This document shows positions 41,334-53,395 of a stretch of DNA of 64,000 nt, piece after piece. The notes beneath the pieces are model-generated. The model was not told the origin of the DNA. It saw nothing but the letters and a program-made list of their open reading frames with translations, and did no database searches. This stretch comes from Tubulanus polymorphus (lineage: Eukaryota; Animalia; Nemertea). A program made the translations under genes and the position numbers. Numbering within the stretch: the stretch's first letter is position 1; the number at the start of each line of letters is the position of its first letter. The stretch spans positions 1,768,485 through 1,832,484 of the forward strand of contig NC_134027.1 in assembly GCF_964204645.1 (NCBI RefSeq). The letters are read 5' to 3'.

Positions 41334-42824
41334 GTTTTCAAGTGTAAATTATCAAATAAACTATACAAATAAGCGTTCAACACTTACGGAATCAGCTGCT
41401 ACTTATCTGAAAATGGTTCTTAGTCGGTGCAGGTGCTAGAGCAAATTACATTGCGTTTTATTAGTCTGATATTTCAGGACGTAATCGTTTATAACAGGGA
41501 GATAGAAATGTGGTAAGTTGTCAAAGCATTTTTGAAATATGTTTACAAATTTAAGTGAAAATCGATAGTGATGAAGAGCATCAATGCATCAAAGTAGAAT
41601 GATACGCTGTCTTATTGAGGTCCCAGATTTGATGCAATTTATCTGAAAACGCCGATGAGTTGGATGAACATAACATGTCTTCATCATCTGAAAAAGAACA
41701 TCGCTTTCATAGTTGATTAATATATTTGCGACGAGGAAAGTGTAGTTGAATCAAAAATTGCTTCTTAAAATTATATTTCATAAACACGAATGATATCGTA
41801 ATTTTTCACTAAACTACATGGCGAATACCTTATGATTCGCTTTCATTTATTTTCATTTTTCAATATTAGTAGGCATGGCTTTACGAAGCCGTGGCGTACG
41901 TAGATATATATCACTTAGCGATTGCTCGTAAATAAGACACAAATGATGCAATAAAACGACTATGATTAGTGATCAATAAATAACTGTCTGCAGCTTTTGG
42001 TTTATGAATGTCCTCTACTGCAATCAGGTGATGACCACAAATTCATATTTTTCATACAATTCATACAATTACCCTCTTTAACCTCTGTGAAAACTGGAAA
42101 TATAGCTTTAAGAGATACTTAGATATTTTAAGATTTATAGATATTGCGATTTCTTTTACGCGCGGTTAAGATATGCGGTCCTTGGTTTCACATCGTCACT
42201 GTTCTCAATTGTTGCGTTCAAAAATTGCAAGAATCGCCAGCAAATATCTGCATTTCATTTCCTTTAAAATGGTGTATAAATTGATTTCGTCGAGCAAGGG
42301 GCTGCAGAACCATATGATATTCAATCTAAACCTATGTTTTAAAAATGAGCGCAAATTATCGCAACAATGGGGACCTCGAGAGACCACAAAATGGCGCCTA
42401 GAAACTGGAAACTTCTTTAATAATTCATTTCATAAAAACTGCGATACAAATAGAACTGCACTATAAAATGTGTAATCTAGTTTTTTTTTAGGAAAAGGGG
42501 ATACTGTTTTTCGACAGAGTCTGAAGGCGTTCATGCATCGTATTACAAACAGGAACTTTTCACTTCAATAATGTACCGCATATCGCTGATTCGATGTAGT
42601 GATTTTTTTTGTATACTCCACGTGTGAATCGGAGAATCTGAAAACGTCACTAGAAAAAATCATTTAGATAAATTCATTTTCACAATGTTGTAATGGTACT
42701 TCAGGTATTAGACAACTACAGCCAATATTCTATAGTTCAGGATATTGGTATTTTCTGTATACATATTTCGAGGTATTTCGAACTTAGGTTACATTATTTG
42801 CCGTCATCAAACGAGCGTTTATGA

Positions 42825-43035
42825 TCCGGTCCAAATTTGGCCCGTGCCAGTTCAAACTGGTGCCAAATGGGTCATTTGCCGCTGAATTTGCGCAGACCAG
42901 CATCGTTGAGATAGCTTTTTAGTAAAAGAGTGAGTGATTTACGTGTGAATGCGCTTTCTAATTAGACACGGGCTAAATTTGATTGGGATCTGGGACGGGC
43001 CAGTTTGAACCGAGCCAAATCGTCTCCGTGTGATG
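42825..43035 (-). mobile_element. Degenerate copy of the MITE family at 8396-8729, inverted
   Basis: Shared segments ctggtgccaaatgggtca, gagtgagtgatt.ac.tgtgaa and gggccagtttga match the reverse complement of about 8420-8690. Confidence 0.65.
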
Positions 43036-45830
43036 TAAAAATCATGTGCTGTCATGTTTTCAATTTTGTTTATCGATAACCGGTAAATCAAGCAATGAAT
43101 TTGATCATGTGGTGTATATTCTCAAAGATGACGTCAATTAAACAGCTGTTCCCTCATATCCCTCATTTCGCGAGATAATTCAAATTTTTCTGACGAAAAC
43201 AGGTGCGACGTATCTCTCCAACTGCGCGTCTGCAACCTAACACTTTCATAACGTGGAATAATCAATACCATTATATTGAAATCAGTCCTATATCCTGTTT
43301 CATTCTTCCGGTGGTACGTAGTAACTTGAAGAGTACTAACCGGTCTGAAATCCAATAATCTACGACACTCTTTGTCGACTTTAAAGCCTCGATAGCCTCG
43401 TCGAGTGGTTCCACTGCAAACAATAAAGTTCATTTTGTTTGAAAAGCTCGATATTACTTTCAATGAATATATTACCATATGTACTTTCAAACAAACAACG
43501 TTAACAATTTTCCCGAGGTCCTATTTTATTCGGCAGTTCGGCAGAAAATGAGTAGCCTGAATGAACTACGAAATGGCTTTGATTAATGCTGCAGATTGGT
43601 TAGTTAAAATGTATCCTGTTTGATTAAATGAATCTTTGCACGTATTTCCTGCCCGAGGCTTCGAGCGTGAGCAAGAATTTACTGTCAAAACTAAATATTC
43701 ATGAGAAATGCTAACTACTAAACGTAATGGACTTGTTTTGAAACGCCCGAAACCAAGTGGTGAATATAAGATGGCTCCCAAAACCACGTAATGTTAATTC
43801 TGAATTTCCGGATATTCATTATTATTTGAATCTTTTATATTCTATCATTTATCAGCCCTCTATTATTGCTAGGGCAGAATATGGTGTTAACAACGACTAT
43901 GGAACCGGCCTTCGGGCTCTAGACAGTGCGTGTGATGACCACGCATGTCCATGGTGTGACTAAGCGTTAAATTAGTTGACGATATCAACACGAACTGCCG
44001 ATTGCGGTGAACCCGATGACATCTTTTTCAAGATTTCCGTGATTATTGCACCACAAGTCGTCATATCAACCAGCCTATGTTTACCAACCTTTTATAGGAG
44101 GGTGATATGCACCGATATGAAGCATTTCACGATCGCCGTTTTGTCGACAACAGTAAACAAGATCGAAACCAATATAAGAGTGGAGAGCTTTATTGGAACA
44201 TCGACCAGTAGAATGCCCGTAATTGACCGGCTTGATAAATGACGTATCGGAAAATTAGAGATTCTACCGAGGTAGACCATCGTGTTTAGTCAGAAAATGA
44301 ACTGGTTATTTTGATGCAAGATTCGATTTGAATGGTTTGAAAGCGATGAAATATTCTCAATGCACGCAATAGATGAGCGCAATCGATTTCATCGGATTGA
44401 ACTTCGGCTGCGGTATGAGATTTGAATTATCATCATTTGATACTGAAACCACACATCCTACGAACAATGAATGTCGCGGATGATAAAATTGATAACGGAT
44501 CAGTCGAGCATGTTATAGATAAAGGCAGTTGACAGGCGAAATGATGGATCAGATGACAGCGGAATTAAATGCGAAAGATATAATCAGAATTCCATACCAT
44601 ACAACACGCTTTTACCCAGTCAATTTAGTCGTACCAGATTTTCCTTTTTTGAACTATCGAAAATGTACAAAAACTAAACAAAATGTATATCCGAGTTTTT
44701 TACGAATTTCGATTTAGGAAGTTTTACCAATTTTCTTACAAATCTTCCCCAGTTCAAATCTTCTCCCTTGTTCACCAACTCCTGGTTGTGATTGTTCCTT
44801 CATCACAATCTACGATCCTTGTATCCGTGGTAACCTCAGGCACAACGGTTCCCGGTGAATCACGTTGGGGGCTACATTTAGGAACAAGGAAGTAATGGCG
44901 AATTTTTGTCTTGATTCGAAAATCGAGAATGTCGAAAGAAGTTGTCTCTTGTATAAGCGCAGTATAAGAGGATTTTTTTTTCGCTCGTGCATAAAACATA
45001 AAAACCAGAAATCCCGTTTATCAAAGTCAGCTTGATGAATGGATTATTGCTACACGGATATTCCATATTATTGCAACCCACAAAAATCCATCGACCCTAA
45101 ATTATATCATATGTGACGTTGAAGACTGAACGATGGTATACGAAGAATAGCTGATAAATGACCAAATGCTTTTGTGCGAACGTGAACTGGTTGAGAATGA
45201 AAAATACGTTATGGTTATCGTAAGCCTTTACACACGAAAATGTCGTTAGGAAAATCTGGTGCCGGGGGTGGGTTATGAATAGAATAGATTCGCAATCTTA
45301 TAGATAGCATACGTTATTTAGCGAGAAATGCTCTTTTGTTTTTATACGCGTGGGCACCGCTGAAAGTGCTTCGCGTCGATACTAAGTGATTCATTTTTAT
45401 TTGCGTCAAACCGTTCGTACTCTGCCGTGGAAACTACCAGACCTCAACTGACACTCGATCTAAAGCTTAATCGTCAAATGTTTTGGAAATCGAAGGTGTA
45501 AATAGGTTTACCTCGTCAGTCTTGATTTCATTTCCGTTGTTGTTCATAGGTCAGTCACGGGCCGAGCTTCCCCGAGATTTGTCCTTTTCTTCGCCTGGTT
45601 CTTAGAACTACCTTTTACTTCATATGATGATTAGACCACGCGGGAAGTACATCAATAAGGATTCCTATGAGTGATATTTGCGATCTTTGAAAAAAACCAT
45701 CTTGCCATAACTTTCTGGCGCTTTTGTTTGATAAGAATGAAGTCCTTCCATTCCCTCGGAATAGAGTTGGCCTTCGTAAATCAGAATTGGGTACTTTCTT
45801 TAGTGCCAATTTTTTTTTTTAGCAGAGCTC

Positions 45831-46254
45831 GCACGCGTTCACACTAGATTCGGCGCTTACGAATTACCGTACTTCGCAGGTGCCGAATTCCCCAAAATAC
45901 GGCGCTTACGCAGCCAGTTACGATCATACTACGAGTCGGCGATTCGGCACTTAGTAAGCCCAGTATAGTAGTCACCCAGTGTGACAATAGAGGGCAGTGT
46001 AACTAGTGCTAAGTGTATTGTACTACGAGGATGTGGATACGCGGCTAGCTAAAAGCCGAATCTGCGTTCACTATACAGAAAATACGCGTCCAGCTCAGTG
46101 CCGTACTGAGATCAGGTTTTCGGCGCGGAATCGCATTCCGCGCTTAATAAGCCACGTATTTCAATACGGAACTGAATAAGCCGCGCATAGGCCTCGAATA
46201 ATTTCCTAGTGTGAACGCTTAGTACCGTAATAAAATCCTAGTGTGAACGCAGCT
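45831..46254. mobile_element. Harbinger-type MITE with a duplicated right TIR
   Basis: Left GCGTTCACACTAG; right CTAGTGTGAACGC present twice (about 46206 and 46238); internal cggcgctta / taagccg repeats. Confidence 0.65.
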
Positions 46255-47005
46255 TATACGTAAAATCCCTGATCTCTGTAGGTAAATGAAAAGTGAAGCG
46301 CGAAATCAGGATTTATAACGAATGTCTGATAAATGAATATTTCTTGACAAAATTATACAAGACAACCATAAATTATCAAATTAATTGATCAACGATGAGT
46401 TACATTAACTAGCATCAATCATCATTAACGACCTCTAGAGGTCGCTTCGATCAACTTAATTGGCGCCGATCATCCTCGACCTCTAATCATTCAAACGTAG
46501 TCACAGTTTTCACTGAACGGAGGATGCACGTAGTGTTCATACGTCACCAAGCTGATAGAATCAATGATTTATCAAAACTGTGAATGGCCTTTAATGAGAA
46601 AATAGTTCAGGGTCTAAAAGACAAAAAACCCAGTAGAAATCGGTTGTGTCGTAGCTGTGGATCCTTTAGGACTTAGATTGAGACACGATTTCTTGGATCA
46701 GTTGAGAGTTAGATTGTGATTTAACTCTGAGTCAAATTTCAACTCATGACTGTGGTCCAAGATATCTATCTACATTCCCACTCAAACTAATCGTGTTACC
46801 TGGCCATAGGTATCATTAATACATGTAATATATACATTTACATTAATATTTTTGAACTGGGTGTCTGGTTTTAGTTACAGCAATTATGTCAAATTAAATC
46901 TAAATTTGATCCCTTTCATCGATCGAGGCCGCGATGATGACATTATATTTAAATCGTATTTAATCGATAAAGAATGTAGAATTACGTGGCGGATACACGT
47001 CGTTG

Positions 47006-48022
47006 ATGACAGACGAGATGGTGCACGGCAACGAATCCTCCCGATTCAACTCGGAACTTTCCGCCAGAGTAAAGAAGATCATATTAGCGGTAGTCGTTTC
47101 GTACGCGGTATTCTTCGTCTTGCTGGGTTCAGTTGGAAACACGATGATCATCGTTATTCTACCTAGAATTCGTAATAAAATCGACGTGAGAAGTCTACAC
47201 TATTTGGTTCCTTTGGCTTTTTCTGATACGGTCACTTTATGGACGACGGCATTGCTGACCACTGAAAACATCTCGTTTTATACGGATTGGAACAATAAAT
47301 TCACTTTGACAAGTTCATCAGTAGGTGTTTGTAAACTATCAATGGCACTATACGGTCTTGGTTTGGGCACATCTGCATGGCTCATACTGTTATTCTCTCT
47401 TGAAAGAGGCATTGCTATTATGTTCCCGCTGAACATATATCTTCACTTGACTTCAAAAAGCCGCAGAATCATTATTGGTAACGTGCTGATGTTTCTGACA
47501 GGTTTCAATGTGTATATGATGGTCACTGGGGCGGATTTGAAACAGGCACCCGGCGGAGAAGCGCTTACTGTCTGTACCTATGACCCTAATGAAGAGAGAT
47601 CTAGTGGCTTTATTTGGATAATGACTTGGCTTATTATCGTTTACTTCGTGCCATGGATCGGATGTCTTTGTAGTTCTTTGATGGTGGCTTATGGTTTGAT
47701 GATGGGTAACAGATCCCGTCGTGAAATGAGCCTATCTAAAACGGGTGATGTTTCATCAGCTATTGAATATCGTTGTATTGTTAACTTACTCTGTATATTA
47801 CTGGCCAATCTCATATTCATTCTACCTTATCTGACGTTTCTTGTGATTCTGTTCGTTTTACGCCCACTCAAAATTATGGTTATTAGCGAATTTTCTATGG
47901 AACTCAGCGACAAAATCGCGGCTTTGTTTATGATAGGTAACAACGCCGTGAACGTCGTCATCTATTCGTTCACCCTAAAATCTTTCCAGGCAGAAATTAG
48001 AAAATGGTTCAATCGGAAATAA
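47006..48022 (+). CDS. Intronless class A (rhodopsin-like) GPCR, 338 aa; divergent, peptide-receptor or chemoreceptor-like
   Basis: Seven hydrophobic segments, TM1 GN, TM2 LAFSD, TM3 Cys..SAW..SLERG, ECL2 Cys, TM5 FVPW, TM6 FILPY, TM7 NVVIY, helix 8 FQAEI and an N-terminal NES sequon. First ATG at 47006. Confidence 0.9.
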   Translation: MTDEMVHGNESSRFNSELSARVKKIILAVVVSYAVFFVLLGSVGNTMIIVILPRIRNKIDVRSLHYLVPLAFSDTVTLWTTALLTTENISFYTDWNNKFTLTSSSVGVCKLSMALYGLGLGTSAWLILLFSLERGIAIMFPLNIYLHLTSKSRRIIIGNVLMFLTGFNVYMMVTGADLKQAPGGEALTVCTYDPNEERSSGFIWIMTWLIIVYFVPWIGCLCSSLMVAYGLMMGNRSRREMSLSKTGDVSSAIEYRCIVNLLCILLANLIFILPYLTFLVILFVLRPLKIMVISEFSMELSDKIAALFMIGNNAVNVVIYSFTLKSFQAEIRKWFNRK

Positions 48023-48424
48023 AATTGTAGTTTTTCGTAGGGTTTTCTCTCTTGGATTGTGTGGCCAAGGACCGGGGCTTTAGAGAGCGTGAGTAAGATA
48101 ACTGAGGCTCGAACTGAAATCTAAAAACTAAATCTATATTTTCTGCTATTCTACTCCAAAACATATTTCGGTTATGTGACTCATCTTTAAAAGGGATATA
48201 AAACTTCCAGTATCTATGGTCTGAATCTGGACCGAATTATTGTATTCTTATAATGTCCGCTTACTACGTGTCCACCCGATCATAACACGGTGACGGAACC
48301 GCCCTCGTTTTCATACTAAAGGTTACGTCTACTTTTTTCTTCAGCGGGGTTTCCCTACGTGTCCACCGGGTCATAATAAGGAGACGGACCATCTACTGCT
48401 ACAGGTATCAAGTGTCTATATGTA

Positions 48425-48860
48425 TCTATTACTACTGCTACTATTCATCATCGTCTTCTTGTAACAAGCCGTCTGAGTACTTTTTACAGCCGATCTCATT
48501 GAAGTTTTCCAAAACCGATTCCGGAGATGGTTCATCGTTGTTCCAATACCGTCATGTACCATTGCAAGGTGCGACTTCCTAATGAGTAGTGTTTCTAGGT
48601 AGGAGTTGTGGGGAATCAGTGTTGGATATTTTTTGATCGCGAGGCTAACCCCCTACCACGGCGGATGAGGTCGTTTTGCAGAACCAGGCCTAACTGGTCG
48701 ACGATAGCATGGTTTCTTGGGAAGCGCCTTAGCCTTGCCCGCTTCCTTGTTCAAATATTGTATGATCTAGATTTAAGCGTGGGACTGAAACCAGACAGTT
48801 TACACCCATATACATCAGCATTTTTTCTCGGTCTGTGTGTAGGTGATTAGCATATTCAAT
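48425..48860 (-). mobile_element. Possible SINE/RTE-related remnant
   Basis: Minus-strand end ...acaagaagacgatgatgaatagtagcagtagtaatag resembles a short-repeat retroposon tail; locally higher GC. Family not established. Confidence 0.3.
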
Positions 48861-51800
48861 ATTCTAATGGCTTAAAAACGGCAAAATCAGCTGGGAAATT
48901 AAACACAATATTTCAAATTAAAAATGTATAGAGTAGATGAGGTAGTACGGTTATAATCGAAAATGAGGTGTTTTGGCTTATTCTATAGAAAATTAGAAAA
49001 ATAATTTTTTTCTTTTAACGAGTTTGGATGAAACAGACAAGACCTGTATATTTGACCAACAAAAAGCTTAATAGATATCTATAAGGGATCTTTTAAACTT
49101 AAAACCAAATTTCGGTTATTTTCAAATACTGCATCAAAGTTATCTTCGTGACGTCATACGAGCCATCAAGCTTAAGCGGTTAACTGGAGTAAGATGTAAT
49201 ACGTAGTTGACACGTACCAGCTGACGAGCATGCAGTCCCTGATACAAGCTGCCGTAGAAAATGTTCTTCTGTATTCGGTTTTTTTTTCAAAGGACCCCGA
49301 ACACAATTTAATTTTTCGGTCGTTGCCTTGATACCTGACTAAAGCATTACCCTGACACCTGACAACATTACACTGACAGTCTACACGTTCGTTCTCACTG
49401 TTTGTCTCAAAGGAAACGGTTAACCTACAGACAACTGTCATCGCTTGAATATCAAATCATTATTTCGTAATTAAGCGCCAAAACGTGATGTAAAAAATGA
49501 AATGAAGACGTAACATTCGCTCACAGAACAAAAACGAATAATGACCATGTTTAGGCAGTTATCTATTTCTTCTACAGTTGACACCGTATCCACCAGGACA
49601 ACCTAATGCAAAATATAACCCGAAGCTTTACTGTGATGTATGAATGATCATTACACTGAATTAAGTGATTTTTTTTATAAATTCCCCGCGGTACCTTCGC
49701 TTACACGGGAAAAGAAAATGGATGGAAATACGTTTTACATCAAATACTCAGAGGCTCACTTCACGCTTGTGGTCAGGAGAAAGCGTCAATATATCGGTTG
49801 GATATCATTCCATAATTCATCGTCGACGAAGAAATACATTCCTACTCGTCTTTTTTTTGCCGCAAAACAAATTCGACAACGGACGAAGTTATGAATAATT
49901 AACCTTGAGCGCTACGAACTGATCACGTGCATTTCGAACGCGGCCGATAATTGAACGGGGTTATATTCTGTAAAGATCCTTACAATTCGGTTATCCCTAG
50001 GCTAATGATAAACCTTGTAATATGTCCGGGAGAGGCTTAAATGTAAATGGTTTCCCGTTTCGGTATTCGACTTGTGCGGGATTACAGTAACACCCGACGC
50101 AGGTGCCATCATCGACACTTCTTCGCAGTAATTCATACGTATCAATCATTTTCAAATGAATTCGCCATTCAAATCTGTCTCTGTCTCTCTCTCTGAATCG
50201 GGGTTTCCAGTAAATCAAGTTTCCGTTTGAACAGAAAAAACCTCGGATGTACAAGCGGAGAAAAGAAAGGATATTGCGTTAACTAGTTTCAAGCGACTGA
50301 AGTAACCTGGTTGTCAATATCTCGTTGTAAAAGAGAAATGAACCTACACTATGTAAGCCACGATTACACAATTCATGCCGGGTCAAACTGTGGTCCGGAC
50401 CGGACTCCAGTCAAATTTTCAAAATCTTAAGGTTAAGATTGACCCTCTTATTTATTCGATTGGTAGATTTCGTTGATTAATTTTGATTTAGTGTCGCCCC
50501 TTACAAAAACGACGACACCTGCCGGGAGCGAAACAGCGGATCGAGTCAAATAAAGCGCATTAACTTACATAGAAATTGTGACATACTTTAGAAAAAATAC
50601 TACTTCCAATTTCATAGAATCTGAGAAAAATGTTCGAACATGCGATAGTTTAGAATTATCACTGATAATCTGCTCTACGCCTGAAAAATGTAGTCGTTCG
50701 GGTTGCGCGCGCGGGTAATTGCTCACAATCGTTCATTCCTAACGCAAATATCACTAGTACAAAAAGATGAGGCAGACGTTTATTGGAAATCGTGCCAAAT
50801 TTCAAAATTGCCGTCGTTTCGTCGCTGTGTATAATTGCGCGGTGGTTCTACGCGGCTTTTTGCAGTCGACAACTGCAAACATCACGACGCGGCCGAACTA
50901 ATTGAAAAGGCCTTCGAAACACACAGATCCGAATAACACGATTTTTCGTAACATCAGAAAAATAGTAAAAAATACGATTTCGGTGTGTGTGCACACAACG
51001 AAATCGTTTCTTACTATAAAAAATACTTTGAGATTTTACTTGGTTGTGAACTATTTTTCGAACTTTGAATATTATATATATATTGAATTTTTCAAGCAAT
51101 ATTTCCGCCGTGGTATACGCATGGGTTAAGCGTCTAATTTAGCAGTAAGTATGACAATCAGGAGGTAGTTGCAATTCTTTTTCTCTATGATACCCTGTTA
51201 GATAGTGAAGATCTTCTTCCCGGTGCAAATCGTTTTAGATGATTTAAAGTGAAGAGTTTTCTCGGTGGTAATCGATGCCGCATTGAGAGTTTCAAAAGCA
51301 ACAGTTATCTCTTCTATCGCCCCAAGGGTTATAGTCGGTATAAAAAAGATAAATCAAAACATTTCAAAATCAGGTCACGTAGGAAAAGTAATTCACCAGG
51401 CTTTCAATGTTTTGTCAGCGTCGATCAGCGAATGATCCGTAACAAATTCGAAAGATTTGTCCAGCGAAACACGGCGAAAACGACATCCGTGTTGGTTTCA
51501 ACTGTCTGATTGTCATACTTATTACAGCAAAATTTGACAACATCACGGGTAGCAAATAAAGATCGCTTGGACAATTCAATTTAAGTTTGTTTGAAAACTT
51601 GAAACGTATTGTATATGTATTTTGTATATGCCTATGTAAATAATCTTTCTCGTCTCATAACTTCTTATTTTTCACTAAAATGTTTGATAAACTCTGAAAT
51701 TCTACAATCTGTATTTCGTCGTGTAGTCCTAGTTTCGGTGAAGAGGAAAGAAAGAGTGCAATAAGTCAAGTTCAATTTCATTCGAATGAAAATAGGTGTG

Positions 51801-52997
51801 TTAAATCGACGATTTGAAATCTGTTGATTTCGGGTCAACAGCGGTGACGAACAAAGTTGCATAGAACAATCACATAGCGACGAAAGATAATTGAATTTCA
51901 GTGGATCTTTCCGCCGGAAATTGCAGCTCAAGGGGAACAAAATTACGAGGCATCGCATTCGATATAAAAGATTCAGAACAAACACACCGATGAAATAGCT
52001 AAATTGACGATGCCAGCGGCCCATTTTGATTAGGCCGTGACAGATATTGCGAACGTAATGATGAATATGATGGGAAATCATCAACGCTATATTTACTCGT
52101 GACGCTCGCGAAAATATAATTTTCACGTAAAATCTCGTGGTAAATCTCATTCAGTTTGTTTGGATCATGACTTTTTAATTTACGTGAATAGCCTCTGTTT
52201 GATGACATGGGGGAATTCTTCAATACAGTCCGGGGATAGCGACAGGAAATGACGTGTCTTTCATAATCGAAATTCTGCAAACTTCTGTTGAAATATGAGA
52301 ATTGCAAATAGTATTTTATTGGGCCACTTTTTTTTTCGTTTCGTTTTATAGCTTTTCAATCGCGTCATGATTTATTTGCTGAACTGAGAGTTTCATTCAT
52401 CAGAGTTTCCTCTCAAAATTATCCGAGTATCAATCGTATGGACTGCATAGTCGTGATCTAAATCCGAAAGTTGTCTTTAGTGGTACGAAATTTCCAGACT
52501 GCTTTTAAGATTGTCTTTATAGAACCAAGTTGACGTTCGACTGGTCTATGCGGCCATGAATATGTAACTGATTCCTGAGTGTAGGTTGACTGTAATAAGA
52601 AAAGACCAATGCTATAACCACAAGGGAGCAATTTCTTAAACATACTGGCTTTTTCATAATGTATAACCGGGTTGAGAGCCAAGGAAAACCAAGGACCGCT
52701 GAGAATTATTCTCGCCTACGAAAGTGGGCAACTCAATACCGTTCATAGATCGTATTACGTAGTTTCTCCACGAACTAAAACAAATCCGGTGTCGGGTGGC
52801 TGTTTGCTTGTTTTCGCTGAGCAAATTTCCGAAAGATTTCTGACGAGTTTACCTTCTACCAATTTCCCTTATAAACCACGTTTCCAAATCCTTGTTCACT
52901 GCACAAAAATACAAATGAATCGAATGATTCTTATTTCACTGTCTACGGATTTTCATCCTTTATACTATATAAAAGCAGTTTCACTTTTCAGTATATA

Positions 52998-53152
52998 CAT
53001 CCTCGCTTGCCAGGGTTTGATTGCCTCCCGCCGTAGCGATAACCAATCCGCCCAAGAAATCTTGGGCATATAGACCACGAAGGGTTTGCGGCCAGGGTTT
53101 GTCTTGGCGAGAGCTTCGGCGGGCGGCAATCAAACCCTGGCAAGCGAGGATG
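52998..53152. mobile_element. Short MITE with about 36-bp near-perfect TIRs beginning CATCCTC, related in ends to the 3650-3962 element
   Basis: CATCCTCGCTTGCCAGGGTTTGATTGCCtCCCGCCG / CGGCGGGcGGCAATCAAACCCTGGCAAGCGAGGATG; no clear TSD. Confidence 0.75.
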
Positions 53153-53309
53153 AGTTGAAAGTGTATAAGATGTAATATCGAGCTAGATGAAATCAGTTCA
53201 GCTGGTGAATTGTTGGGCGTGGCAATATTGATGAGGTAATGCTCTTTTATTGTACATGATATATCCAGGTGATATGATAAACCAGCGAGTGCCGCATCAA
53301 GGTTTAGTT

Positions 53310-53395
53310 TGCTGCTGCTGCTGCTGCTGCCGCTGCTGCTGCCGCTGCTGCTGCCGCTGCCGCCGCCGCCGCCGCTGCCGCTGCTGCTGCTGCTG
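53310..53395. repeat. Compound (CTG)n/(CCG)n trinucleotide repeat
   Basis: Direct observation. Confidence 0.95.

Noticed and set aside
49577-49637. Possible short internal exon LTPYPPGQPNAKYNPKLYCD (and another at 41478-41512)
   Set aside because: Splice-like signals only; the peptides do not continue a PH domain and have no recognisable homology.
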